Virus record (IMG/VR): IMGVR_UViG_3300032007_000120
DNA length: 53,316 bases
Direction: 5' to 3' (one strand)
Source of the DNA: a virus
Shown one piece after another: positions 1 to 10,100 of the stretch (its first letter is position 1; each line of letters starts with the position of its first letter). Position numbers and translations under genes: made by a program. The notes under the pieces are model-generated. The model did no database searches. It was not told the DNA's origin and worked only from the letters and a program-made list of their open reading frames with translations.

Positions 1-127
1 AGCATGACGCGGACGTGGAGAAGCGGTTAAGAGACGAGAATCGCAGACATCTGGACGAGATTCGGAAGAAATGCGACCACAGAAAATGCGGAGAAAGTCT
101 GAAAAGGATCATGAAGATCGAGGAACT
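1..127. repeat. Terminal overlap copy A (identical to 53190-53316)
   Basis: Read directly: agcatgacgcggacgtggag...gaagatcgaggaact occurs at both window ends. The exact 127-bp length suggests a circular-contig assembly overlap. Confidence 0.9.
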
Positions 128-344
128 GCGAGTCATGAGCGGACTCAAGCAGAAAACGTCCCTGCATCTAAGGAGAATGCCTACGAAGTATTACAAGGCT
201 GCGTGGCACTTAATGCACTGCTACAACTACATCTGGAGTCTGGACGATCCCTACAACGTCTACTATGACGACGAGACGCAGAGAGTCAAGACGGAAGATC
301 TCTACAGACGGAAGTATAAACTGAACATTCTGCCTGCAGTCTGA
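1..344 (+). CDS. Putative DNA-binding/regulatory protein, C-terminal part of a gene that wraps across the linearisation point
   Basis: In frame with the open ORF that starts at 52862 and runs off the right end. Joined length is 672 nt (223 aa), with the stop at 342-344. Confidence 0.6.
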   Translation, partial: HDADVEKRLRDENRRHLDEIRKKCDHRKCGESLKRIMKIEELRVMSGLKQKTSLHLRRMPTKYYKAAWHLMHCYNYIWSLDDPYNVYYDDETQRVKTEDLYRRKYKLNILPAV

Positions 345-467
345 AAAACGCTTCTGGAGCGTCCAAAATCATTCGGACGATAAGTTTATCGGGAATGATG
401 AGAAAACGCGTCAGAACGAACGAGAATAATGTAAAATGGGATTTATTTAGTATTTTATAATAACAAC

Positions 468-1076
468 ATGAAAAAGAATAGCAATGACGGCAATGTGAAT
501 CGTCTGGAGGTAAGCAACATTCCAGACTCATTCCTGCAACAGATGAAACACCAGTTCGACGACGATCCGCGGATTCGGCAAATGAGAGTCGACCAACAAC
601 TGGAAGCGAAGCGCGGAAACATCATGGGCGCGCTCCAGATCGGCAAGACCATCGACCTTCTGTTCAAGAAGGTCGTAGCGACATATCTGGAGGAAGCGGA
701 CAAGGAAGCGGAGTCAATCGACCTATGCAATGTGAAAATGTCAAAGGAGGACATGGACGAGATGATGACTCTGATCGTCGCGACGTTCATGTGCTGCGAC
801 ATCATCGACACTCTGATCATGAACTCCAACGACCTGCTGCACCACTACGACAATACGCTCCAGTTGGAGTTCTTCAACGACCTAAAGGACATCTCCAGAA
901 TGGTTCGCGAGAAGGTCAACTATCTGGCGGAGAACTCGAAATACACAAACGATCTTTTCTGGGCATACAAGACCGACGATATGTACGAGATGATCAAGAA
1001 CAAGGCTCGCGCAATCAGACGTAAGCGGAAATCTGAAAACTGGGGTAAGAACAAAGAAAAAATCGAGGGAAAATGA
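468..1076 (+). CDS. Hypothetical protein (202 aa)
   Basis: Long ORF with ordinary composition. Its stop overlaps the next start (ATGA). Confidence 0.6.
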   Translation: MKKNSNDGNVNRLEVSNIPDSFLQQMKHQFDDDPRIRQMRVDQQLEAKRGNIMGALQIGKTIDLLFKKVVATYLEEADKEAESIDLCNVKMSKEDMDEMMTLIVATFMCCDIIDTLIMNSNDLLHHYDNTLQLEFFNDLKDISRMVREKVNYLAENSKYTNDLFWAYKTDDMYEMIKNKARAIRRKRKSENWGKNKEKIEGK

Positions 1077-1351
1077 GTATTTTGACTATCGCGATCCTGC
1101 AGTTGATACTGCTCCTGCTGATCGTTATTCCTGCACTGCGCTTAGCGTTTAAGGAAGGCTACAAAGAAGGTTACGGCGAAGCAGTAAAAGACTCCGCAGT
1201 CGCATTTGAGGTGTTAAGAAAGACCGCGGAAGAGTTCTTCGGTCAAGACGAAGCGGAAAAGTTCAACGCTCGTCTGGGTGCGAACTGCCATAGCAAGATA
1301 ACGGAGATACAATTCAACAAAAACAAGGAAAACGAAGATGAACGGAATTAA
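1073..1351 (+). CDS. Small membrane protein (92 aa)
   Basis: N-terminal hydrophobic helix ILTIAILQLILLLLIVIPAL. Translationally coupled to both neighbouring genes. Confidence 0.5.
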   Translation: MSILTIAILQLILLLLIVIPALRLAFKEGYKEGYGEAVKDSAVAFEVLRKTAEEFFGQDEAEKFNARLGANCHSKITEIQFNKNKENEDERN

Positions 1352-1796
1352 CAAGGCGATAATAGTCGGATATGTCGGACAAGATCCGAAGATCCAGAGT
1401 TTTTCCAATGGCGGAAAGGCTGCGAACTTCACCGTAGCGACGACGGAGCGCGGTTACACGACGAAGTCTGGCAGGCAGGTAGCGGAGCAGACGGAATGGC
1501 ACAACGTCGTCTGCTATGGATCTCTGGCAGGTGTCGTGGAGAGATATATCCGCAAGGGTACTCCAGTATATGTCGAGGGTAAACTGCATACGCGGATCTA
1601 TGATGGCAGGGATGGAGCGAAGCACTACGTCACAGAGATCAACGTCGACACTCTCCAGATGTTAGGATCGCGTCAAGAGCAACAGCAGCAGCCACAACAG
1701 CCATATCAGCAGCAGGGCGCACCTGCAGCGCAGCCACAGAGCGCGAATAATACACCGCAGGAGACTGACGGAAAGGAAGACGATCTGCCATTCTGA
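1338..1796 (+). CDS. ssb: Single-stranded DNA-binding protein
   Basis: OB-fold SSB N-terminus (NKAIIVGYVGQDPK, WHNVVCYG, VYVEGKLHTRIY), a Q/P-rich linker and the acidic C-terminal tip DDLPF. Confidence 0.92.
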   Translation: MNGINKAIIVGYVGQDPKIQSFSNGGKAANFTVATTERGYTTKSGRQVAEQTEWHNVVCYGSLAGVVERYIRKGTPVYVEGKLHTRIYDGRDGAKHYVTEINVDTLQMLGSRQEQQQQPQQPYQQQGAPAAQPQSANNTPQETDGKEDDLPF

Positions 1797-1924
1797 AAAA
1801 ATGCAGAAGAAACTATCTGATATATAGCATAGTATATGAGTATATATAATAATATATATTAGTTATCACAATATGCGCGGAAAGGTGAACGGAATACTTT
1901 TTCTGATCACTTTTTCGCGTTTTA

Positions 1925-1939
1925 GTGCTTATTAGGCAC
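1925..1939. promoter_or_regulatory. GTGCTTATTAGGCAC palindromic motif, copy 1 of 3
   Basis: Near-palindrome 10 nt upstream of the -7 box at 1950-1957. The same motif occurs at 14683-14697 and 39439-39453. Confidence 0.5.
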
Positions 1940-1949
1940 GATTATTCAC

Positions 1950-1957
1950 TATATTTG
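1950..1957 (+). promoter_or_regulatory. Bacteroidota-type -7 promoter box TAtaTTTG
   Basis: Matches the TAnnTTTG consensus and lies about 20 nt upstream of the ATG at 1977. Confidence 0.55.
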
Positions 1958-1976
1958 CAATTAAATATAAATTATT

Positions 1977-2555
1977 ATGTCGAAATCAACTTCATCAACA
2001 GCGAGTAAAGGCGCGGTGAGGGACGCGGATCTCTCCGAACTGATACCAGACAACAAGAATTTCAACCGTCATACGGAGTTCGGAATGCAGTGTCTGGAGA
2101 AGTCCATTCGCACCAACAAGTTCGGACGCTCCGTACTGGTCGACAAGGACAACCGCATCATAGCAGGTAACGGGGTCGTGGAGACTGCTGCAGCCATAGG
2201 AGAGACGAAGATCAAGATTGTGGAGACGACTGGCGACGAACTGGTCGTGGTGAAGCGGACGGATCTTTCTCTGGACTCGAAGGCAGGACGCGAGATGGCA
2301 CTGGCGGATAACTCGGTGGCTGCGGTGGATCTGGACTTGAACGAGGACGAGATTCGGAAAGCGGTCGAGGACTTCAACATCGACGCGGAGAAGTACGGAT
2401 ACAATCTGGAGCAGGAGATCAAGGAGACGGATATACAGCCAGACGAAGAACACCAGAAATATCGTCTGCAACTGGACTTCACCGACGAGGACTCAATGAG
2501 ACACTGCTATCAAGATCTCATGCGTAAAGGCTACGACGTGAAGATAATTGACTGA
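1977..2555 (+). CDS. ParB/Srx-like nuclease-domain protein
   Basis: 192 aa. ParB-N-like motifs LIPDNKNFNRH and VLVDKDNRIIAGNGVVETAAAIG. No methylase domain is attached. Confidence 0.6.
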   Translation: MSKSTSSTASKGAVRDADLSELIPDNKNFNRHTEFGMQCLEKSIRTNKFGRSVLVDKDNRIIAGNGVVETAAAIGETKIKIVETTGDELVVVKRTDLSLDSKAGREMALADNSVAAVDLDLNEDEIRKAVEDFNIDAEKYGYNLEQEIKETDIQPDEEHQKYRLQLDFTDEDSMRHCYQDLMRKGYDVKIID

Positions 2556-2563
2556 CGACAACG

Positions 2564-2983
2564 ATGGAAATGGAAAAAGAGACAATTTACGGACAAGTGA
2601 TACCGAAGTCGAACAACTACATGACCGTTCCGAACGATAACGGACATGGAGGACGCAGGCTGATCAAGAACAAGGCAATGCACGAATATGAGAAGTCCTT
2701 CTGCCTGCAATGCAGGAAATATCGAGGACGCAGAATCTCGTCGAATTTCCGTCTGTACTGCGTCGTCTACCAGAGGTCGAAAAGGTTCGATCTGGACAAC
2801 TCCATCAAGACAATACTGGACTGCCTGCAGTACGTCGGTGCGATAACGGACGACAACCTATGCGTGGAGATCGTCGCGAAGAAACGAGTCGACAAGGCGA
2901 ATCCGCGAGTGGAATACGGTCTGCAGGAAGTCGTGACGGAGCAGTCGTTATTCGAACTTCACGACTCCTATAACCGTAGGTGA
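2564..2983 (+). CDS. rusA: RusA-like Holliday-junction resolvase
   Basis: 139 aa. Asp-rich RusA-type segment FDLDNSIKTILDCLQYVGAITDDNLC. Confidence 0.65.
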   Translation: MEMEKETIYGQVIPKSNNYMTVPNDNGHGGRRLIKNKAMHEYEKSFCLQCRKYRGRRISSNFRLYCVVYQRSKRFDLDNSIKTILDCLQYVGAITDDNLCVEIVAKKRVDKANPRVEYGLQEVVTEQSLFELHDSYNRR

Positions 2984-3043
2984 TTGTATTAACCGTATTG
3001 TGTGAGTATAAATTATAATAATAAATATATCTACGTAAGAACT

Positions 3044-3397
3044 ATGGACGCAAAAAACGAAAATAACAGAGAGTTCGAAGCAGTCTGCAACGAACTGATA
3101 GAACTCCACAAGAAGAAGAACTCGGACTATGGCGACGCGTACTCCGAAGCATACCAGAAGATCGGAAACGGCTACGCGGTCGGTCTGCTCTACAACAAGG
3201 TCAACCGTCTGATCTCGTTACTCTGCGATGATAAGGAGCAGCACGTCAATGACGAGTCTGTCGACGACACTCTCAATGATCTGGCTTCATACGCTATCAT
3301 GCTAAAGATGGAACGGGACAAGGAAAGACGCGCAGAATCAATGCGAAAGGAGATCCGTTTTGATAATGGTGAAAGCGTCTATGAGGTATTGAAATAA
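3044..3397 (+). CDS. All-alpha DUF1599/MazG-like phage protein (tentative)
   Basis: 117 aa from the first ATG; the track ORF begins at a GTG at 3002. Carries the KKNSDYGDAY motif seen in helical NTP-pyrophosphohydrolase-like phage proteins. Confidence 0.45.
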   Translation: MDAKNENNREFEAVCNELIELHKKKNSDYGDAYSEAYQKIGNGYAVGLLYNKVNRLISLLCDDKEQHVNDESVDDTLNDLASYAIMLKMERDKERRAESMRKEIRFDNGESVYEVLK

Positions 3398-3418
3398 CCA
3401 TAATCTGGAGGAACGCTT

Positions 3419-4006
3419 ATGGACAACCAAGACAAAAAAGCGCGACCGAACGCAGGCGCAAAGACGAAATGCACACCAGAGTTGATAATGCAGGTCTGCA
3501 ACATGATAATCGACGGAAAAACTAACAAGAGTATCTGTAGCGCGGTGGGTATTTCGGAAACATCCTTCTATGCATGGCTCGATCCGAAAGACCAACAATT
3601 TCGCTCGGAATTTCTTGAGTCAGTTAATCTCGCGCGTAAAATACTTCGCGAGAGTTCAATCAATAGAGCGACCGCGTCCTTGCTTGATGTAGCGATCGGA
3701 CACGACGCGGAGGAATCGTCGACGAAACTGGCAACGGACAGAAAAACTGGCAAGGTCTACGTGAAGGAAAAGACAACCTATCACAAGCATTTCGAACCGA
3801 ATGTGCAGGCTCTGATCTTCTATCTGACGAACCGCGATCCAGACAACTGGAAGCAGAGACAGACAAGCGAGATCACTGGCAAGGACGGAAAGGACTTGAT
3901 AACAAAGGAAATCAATCTGGACGAACTTACGGACGAGCAGAAGGCTGCGATCCTCTCCATCGGAGAGAACGCGCTGCGCGACCGCGAGAAGGACGTGAAA
4001 GAATAA
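3419..4006 (+). CDS. terS: Terminase small subunit
   Basis: 195 aa. N-terminal HTH-like segment ICSAVGISETSFYAWL. Sits just upstream of the large terminase. Confidence 0.65.
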   Translation: MDNQDKKARPNAGAKTKCTPELIMQVCNMIIDGKTNKSICSAVGISETSFYAWLDPKDQQFRSEFLESVNLARKILRESSINRATASLLDVAIGHDAEESSTKLATDRKTGKVYVKEKTTYHKHFEPNVQALIFYLTNRDPDNWKQRQTSEITGKDGKDLITKEINLDELTDEQKAAILSIGENALRDREKDVKE

Positions 4007-4010
4007 GACT

Positions 4011-4142
4011 ATGGAACTGGAGTTGACAATAGGCGGTAGTGACATCGACGAGTTCATCGTACAAGAAGAACTGGCGGACTTCGCAGACCATCTCAAGTCG
4101 GAGTATGGCTGCGCGGTGAGTTATCGCAGAAAGAAGGGCTGA
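4011..4142 (+). CDS. Small acidic hypothetical protein (43 aa)
   Basis: ATG at 4011 and TGA at 4140-4142, fitting exactly between terS and terL. Below the ORF-track size cutoff. Confidence 0.35.
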   Translation: MELELTIGGSDIDEFIVQEELADFADHLKSEYGCAVSYRRKKG

Positions 4143-4143
4143 A

Positions 4144-5604
4144 ATGGTTAAGTTGACAAGAGATATGGCAATACACGCGGTGGCAGAGGAATGTCGGAAT
4201 AACTTCTTCTACTTCGTGAAGACGTTCTGGGACGTGATAATCCAAGAGCGTCCAGTCTATAACTGGCACATTCCGTATCTCTGCCATGAACTGCAGGAAC
4301 TCTCCGTCTCCGTCGTAGCCAGAGAGCCTAAACCATACGATCTGATAATAAACATTCCACCTTCCACCACCAAGTCCACCATCGTTACAATCATGTACCC
4401 TGCGTGGCTCTGGACGCAAGATCCTACTCTGCGAGTGATCAGTAACTCTTACTCCGCGTCGCTTTCCATAGACCATGCGTCGAAATCGAAGGACATCATT
4501 TCGTCGGAGCGTTATCACCTACTATTCCCAGAGGTTCAGATCCGACACGACAAGAGCGGAAAGCAGTACTACGTCAACACCGAAGGCGGATTCCGTTACG
4601 CGACATCAACTGGAGGAACGATCACTGGTATGCACGCGCACATCATCATCAACGACGATCCGCAGAATCCTAAGCAGGCGGAGTCGGACGTTATGCGCAA
4701 GGCTGCGACGGATCACACCAAGACTCTTTCGACGCGTAAGGTGGACAGAGCAGTAACACCTATGATCACGATCATGCAGCGTCTTCACCAAGGAGACGTG
4801 ACTGGCTACCTGCTCTCCAAGAAAGGAGAGGAAATCAAGCACATCAACCTACCTGCAGAGGACTGCGACGACGTACAGCCTGCGTCCCTGCGGAAGTACT
4901 ACAAGGACGGACTGCTTGATCCAGTACGACTTTCCAGAAAGATACTGGACGAAGCAAAGATAGATCTTGGAAGTCGTGGATATGCAGGTCAGTATATGCA
5001 GCGTCCGTCCGCGGAAGGCGGTAACATCGTCAAGGAAGCATGGTTCAAACACATCTCGCAGGCGGAGTTTCATGCTCTGCGATTCAACGAGACGATCCAT
5101 TTCTTTCTTGATACGGCATACGAAGAGAAAAAACAGCATGAGCAGAACGATCCGTCTGGCATACTCGCAGCCTGCAAGATCGGAGGAAATATCTACATCG
5201 TCAAGGCGCAGCAGGTCTGGAAGAACTTTCCAGATCTGATCAAGTTTCTGCCAGAGTTCATGCGATCCTGCGACGCAGATCCGAACTCCACTCTCCGCGT
5301 AGAGCCGAAAGCAAACGGTATTTCTCTTGTCCAGACTCTGGAATCCATCTCGGAGATAAACTGCGTCCGCACACCGTCTCCGACTGACTCCAAGGCTGAC
5401 AGACTCCATGCAGTTTCTCCAAAGATAGAAGCAGGACGCGTCTGGATCGTCGAGGGTGACTGGAATGACGAGTTCATAGACGAGGTCTGCGGATTTCCAA
5501 CAAGGCTACATGACGAATACGTCGATATTCTCGGATATGCGATCAACTACTTCGAGAGCGACGACTTCTTAGTTATTCCGAAGAATCTGGATAACTTATT
5601 CTGA
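4144..5604 (+). CDS. terL: Terminase large subunit
   Basis: 486 aa. Walker A-like IINIPPSTTKST, Walker B HIIINDDPQ and a C-terminal RNaseH-like nuclease region (FFLDTAYEE, NDPSG). Immediately precedes the portal gene. Confidence 0.9.
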   Translation: MVKLTRDMAIHAVAEECRNNFFYFVKTFWDVIIQERPVYNWHIPYLCHELQELSVSVVAREPKPYDLIINIPPSTTKSTIVTIMYPAWLWTQDPTLRVISNSYSASLSIDHASKSKDIISSERYHLLFPEVQIRHDKSGKQYYVNTEGGFRYATSTGGTITGMHAHIIINDDPQNPKQAESDVMRKAATDHTKTLSTRKVDRAVTPMITIMQRLHQGDVTGYLLSKKGEEIKHINLPAEDCDDVQPASLRKYYKDGLLDPVRLSRKILDEAKIDLGSRGYAGQYMQRPSAEGGNIVKEAWFKHISQAEFHALRFNETIHFFLDTAYEEKKQHEQNDPSGILAACKIGGNIYIVKAQQVWKNFPDLIKFLPEFMRSCDADPNSTLRVEPKANGISLVQTLESISEINCVRTPSPTDSKADRLHAVSPKIEAGRVWIVEGDWNDEFIDEVCGFPTRLHDEYVDILGYAINYFESDDFLVIPKNLDNLF

Positions 5605-5625
5605 AAACCAAAATAGAAAAATAAA

Positions 5626-7092
5626 ATGATTATTTGGAACTCATTTGTCAACCTGCTCAACGCAGCAGTCGGTCGAAAGCAGGACTTCGACGAACTTGTG
5701 CAAAGTGGAGACATCAGTCGCGTAATGTCCAAGATGGATAGTCACGCAACGGAGACGGAGATCGCAATGAGAGAATACGATCCGCGTCTGCATCTCATTA
5801 ACAAGCGCGCGGACAAGATCATTCTGGACAAGAATGGCAACTTCAAGCGCAAGATCAAACGGTGGAAACTGCCAGTCGGCTATCCAAAGTTCATCAACGA
5901 GATAGCAGTGGTATTCATCTACGGACAGCCAGTCAAGTGGGGACAGACATCGGAAGGCACTGACAACGCGTTCAAGGCATTCACGAATCTGCTTCGACAC
6001 GTACACTTCGACTCCAAGATCCGCGAGTGCAAGCGTATCGCAGGAGCGGAGACCCAGTCTGCAATGTTATTCCGCGTCTATCGAAATGACGACGGAAAGG
6101 CGGACTGCCAGATCCGCGTACTGGCGAAGTCGAAAGGCGACACCATCTACTCGCGGTGGGATCAGTATGAGAATCTGATCTCCGTAGGTTGGGAGTACTA
6201 TCTCACAGAAGGCGACAACACCGTACAACACTTCGATCTGTTCATGCCAGACACGATCTACCACTGCAAGAAGTCCTCTATGGGGTGGGAGATCACACCA
6301 GAGAAGAATCTGATAGGCAAGATACCTATCATTCTCTTTCAGCAGGAGAAGGAATGGGCAGGAGTCGAACCTCTGATATATCGCGAGGAATATATCGCTT
6401 CTCATACCGCAGACGTGAACGACTACTTCTCTGATCCTATGCTCGTTCTGGACGCTGACATCATCAAGAATATGCCAGACAAGGACGACGAGAACAAGAC
6501 TCTGATCAAGAAGAACGGAACGAGCGCGGACGCAGCAGCCAGTTATCTGACATGGGACTCTGCGCCAGAAAGCAAGCAGAAGGAACTTGAATGGCTGCAG
6601 AACCATATTCTCTCGAAGACGTTCACTCCGAACATCGACTTCGAGAACATGAAGTCTCTAAGCAACGTTACTGGCAAGGCTCTGCGTCAGATGATGATTC
6701 TGGCTAACATCAAGGCTGCGAAGCGTAAGGACAAGCACGACGAACTTCTCGACCGCGTAGGCAATCTCTGTACGTCCATCATCGGCAACGTTCTCAACGT
6801 CCAGTTGAAAACAGAATGCGACAAACTGGCTCTCACTCATGATTTTCAAGATCCGTTCGGAGAGGACATCACAGAGACCATCAAGAACCTTACTACAGCC
6901 AAAGACTCTGGTATCATGTCGACGGAGTCAGCAGTCGAACAGAATCCTATGGTCAAAGATCCTACACGCGAAATGCAGCGAATGAACGACGAGTCGGAGA
7001 AGTCTACGCAGGAGCAGCAGGACATCTTCAACCAGTACGCAAAAGCAGGACTCGGTCTGGAGGAAGGATTAGAACAAGCAACAGCAAAATAG
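5626..7092 (+). CDS. Portal protein
   Basis: 488 aa. Size and position directly after TerL fit a portal. SPP1 gp6-like segment REYDPRLHLINKR. Confidence 0.8.
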   Translation: MIIWNSFVNLLNAAVGRKQDFDELVQSGDISRVMSKMDSHATETEIAMREYDPRLHLINKRADKIILDKNGNFKRKIKRWKLPVGYPKFINEIAVVFIYGQPVKWGQTSEGTDNAFKAFTNLLRHVHFDSKIRECKRIAGAETQSAMLFRVYRNDDGKADCQIRVLAKSKGDTIYSRWDQYENLISVGWEYYLTEGDNTVQHFDLFMPDTIYHCKKSSMGWEITPEKNLIGKIPIILFQQEKEWAGVEPLIYREEYIASHTADVNDYFSDPMLVLDADIIKNMPDKDDENKTLIKKNGTSADAAASYLTWDSAPESKQKELEWLQNHILSKTFTPNIDFENMKSLSNVTGKALRQMMILANIKAAKRKDKHDELLDRVGNLCTSIIGNVLNVQLKTECDKLALTHDFQDPFGEDITETIKNLTTAKDSGIMSTESAVEQNPMVKDPTREMQRMNDESEKSTQEQQDIFNQYAKAGLGLEEGLEQATAK

Positions 7093-7103
7093 TCTCTTGA
7101 GTT

Positions 7104-10100
7104 ATGGCAAAGAGCAAGAAAGACACAATCATAGACCGTTACGCGCAAGGTATGTTCATCAGACAAGATCTATATGCTTCGCGCGTTCGGTCGTTATACG
7201 ACGACGCGGTCGGTCAACTGCTCGCTCTTGCAAACCAGATACCAGACCTATCGTCGTCGAAGAAGTTTAACTTCTCGGACAATCCCAGAGTCGGCAAGGA
7301 AGCGACGCGGATCATCAGAGAACTCTACACCAAGGTCTACACAGAAGTGAAGAACGACTGCACAGCAGAATGGCAGTTGGCAAACCTCTCCTGCGACAAG
7401 ATAATCCAGAGCGCGTTCGGTTGGAAACTCAAGGATCGCAACGTACTGGCTAAATGGTGGGATCGCAACCAGTCTGCTCTCGACCAGTTCTTCGCTCGCA
7501 AGTCGCAGTATGGCGGTCTGAACCTATCGCAGAAGGTATGGAAGTACACTGGAGACCTGCGGACGGAGATGGAGAACGCGATCACCGTCTCTCTGGGCGA
7601 AGCGGACACAGCGCAGGAAATGTCGAAGAAGGTGCGCCAGTATCTTCAATATCCAGACAAACTATTCCGCAGGGTACGCGGTGCGGACGGAAAACTCCAT
7701 CTCTCCGCGAATGCGAAAGCGTTTCACCCAAGTACTGGTGTCTATCGCTCCAGTTACAAGAACGCTATGCGTCTGACGCGCACAGAAACGAACGCAGCGT
7801 ACCGCTCTGCGGACGAGGACAGATGGCAGAGAATGGACTTCGTGGTCGGTTTCGAGGTCAAGAAGTCGAACAATCACCCAGAGCCAGACATCTGCGACGA
7901 TCTGGCAGGCAAATACCCGAAGGACTTCAAGTTTACCGCGTGGCATCCGCAGTGCAGGTGTTATGTCGTCCCTATTCTGGCGACTCCAGACGAACTTCTG
8001 AAAATGCAGAAGGCGGTACTGGCAGGAAAGAATCCGTCCATCATACTCGTCGAGAAACCAGACTATGACGGTCTGGACAAGATCAACACGTGGATCAAGA
8101 ACAATCACGACCGCATCTTGAGAGCGTCCGCGAAACCTTACTGGATCGTCGACAACTTCAAGTACGGCAACGTGGACAAGGGTCTCAAGTTCGACGTACA
8201 TACGAAGACTCCTGCGGAAGCAGCGAAACTCCGTCACCAGAACCGAGACGCGAAGAAGATCTCCGACGCATGGCACGAACACAAGATGCAGGAGATCCAG
8301 ACGCGGATCAGCGACGCGGACATCGAGGTCAACGAAGCAATGCAGGGACGTATCAACGCGCTCAAGTCAGCGTTCACCTCTGGAGACAACGCAGCGATCC
8401 AAGCAGCGTTCAAGAAGGCTATCTCTGGTATCGAGACGCAGGCAAAGTGGGACAAGATCGTCTGGGAAGGCTTCACTCCAGAGCAGAAGAAGAACCTGCG
8501 CGACTTCGGTAATACCATCGGAGTGAAAAAAGGTCGTCGCATGACGCATGAGCAGGCAGACTCTGGAAAGGTCAATCCTCTGTATCAACCGCATTATCTG
8601 ATCGACCCGAAAGGACACTACGTCGATAAGAATCACGTCCATTACTCGCTCAATCCGAAGTACGTGAAAGGCTATACGATCAACTGCCAGACCTGCGCTC
8701 CAGTCTATACGCTGCGCAGGTGGGGATTCAACATTGAAGCGCGCGCCAACAACAAGTCGACGGCATTCCAGTACATGGAGAAGCACTCGCATGAGTTCTG
8801 GATCAATTCGGACGGATCTGTTCTTGGTGGAAAAGGAGTTCACCAGACGACGCGAAAAACGGAGATGTTCGACTGGTTGGATCATCAGCCAGACGGAACG
8901 TACCAGATCGCCTGCACATGGAAAGGCGGACACAGCGGACACACGTTCTCCTACGTCAAGGAAGGCGGAGAAGGACACTTCTATGATCCGCAAACGAACC
9001 GTCTGTTCAAGGATCTCAACGATTTCCGCGAGTACTCGGACAGTGTATCACCGAAGTATGGTTGGAGGTTCTGGAAGGTCGAGAATCGCGGTGTCAACAT
9101 TCCCAGAGTCAAGGATCTTATCGAGACGACGATACACCCGACACTCACGCGAGAGGAACGCATCAAGCAGATAGCAGAGCAGCGTCACGCAAAGAGAGAC
9201 GCAAAGAAACTGCAGGAAGCATGGACACAGCGCAGACTGGAGTCGGCACGCAAGCAGATCGTAGACATCACGAAGGAAGTGAACAAGAAGTTCGATCCGT
9301 CGGAACTCAAAGACCTGCACGTCCGCGTCAGATCCGTCTACAACGCTATCAAGCAGGGCGAGTCTCCTGCAAAGATCAACACTCTGGTGGATCGCGTCCA
9401 GTCTGGTGTTAAGACGAAACTGGAATGGCAGGAGCGCAAGCAGCATAACTTGATCATCAAGACCGCGAAGAACGTCATAAACGTCTCCAAGGACTATCCA
9501 GAACTGCAGCAGGACATCGCGTCCCTGCAGTCAATGGTGGGCGCAGCTAACTATGACAAGGCAAGCAGCATGACGAAGGATCTGGCGCACAAGTTGTCCG
9601 ACATCAAGAAGCAGCAGGCGGAGATCGCGAAAGTCATTCCTCACATGGACGCGTGGTCGAAGACGCTCACGACCGACGAACTCCAAGGTGTCGCAGACGC
9701 GGTCAATGCAAAGTTGAAGCAGTGGTCGTCGCTTACTCTGGAAGAGCAGGCGCACAAGGCTAACTTTGAAGCAAACGAGTTTCTGGCTAAGAATATGCAC
9801 AACGTCCAAGACAAATATCCGAAGACGTGGAAGGTGTCGCAGGACGCATACCTGCAGAAACTCGACGAGTGCAACAAACAGATCAAGTGGAATACTCTCG
9901 ACAAGGACTACAAGACTCTGAAAGCGTTCAAGACGAAGTCAGTCAAGTTCGCGGACTATCTGGACAAGTATCTGGACGCAGTCAACGCAGGAGACCAGAC
10001 TTCTGCAGAGTTCTGGATTGACGCAGCGAAGAACACCAAGACGAAACTGCAGGCGATCGCGCAGAAACGCGCGTCTAAGGACGTTTTGAAGAACGCAGGA

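Noticed and set aside
3002-3043. GTG-initiated 14-codon extension of the DUF1599-like ORF.
   Set aside because: The region is extremely A/T-rich (aattataataataaatatat) and looks like promoter or leader sequence. The first ATG is at 3044.
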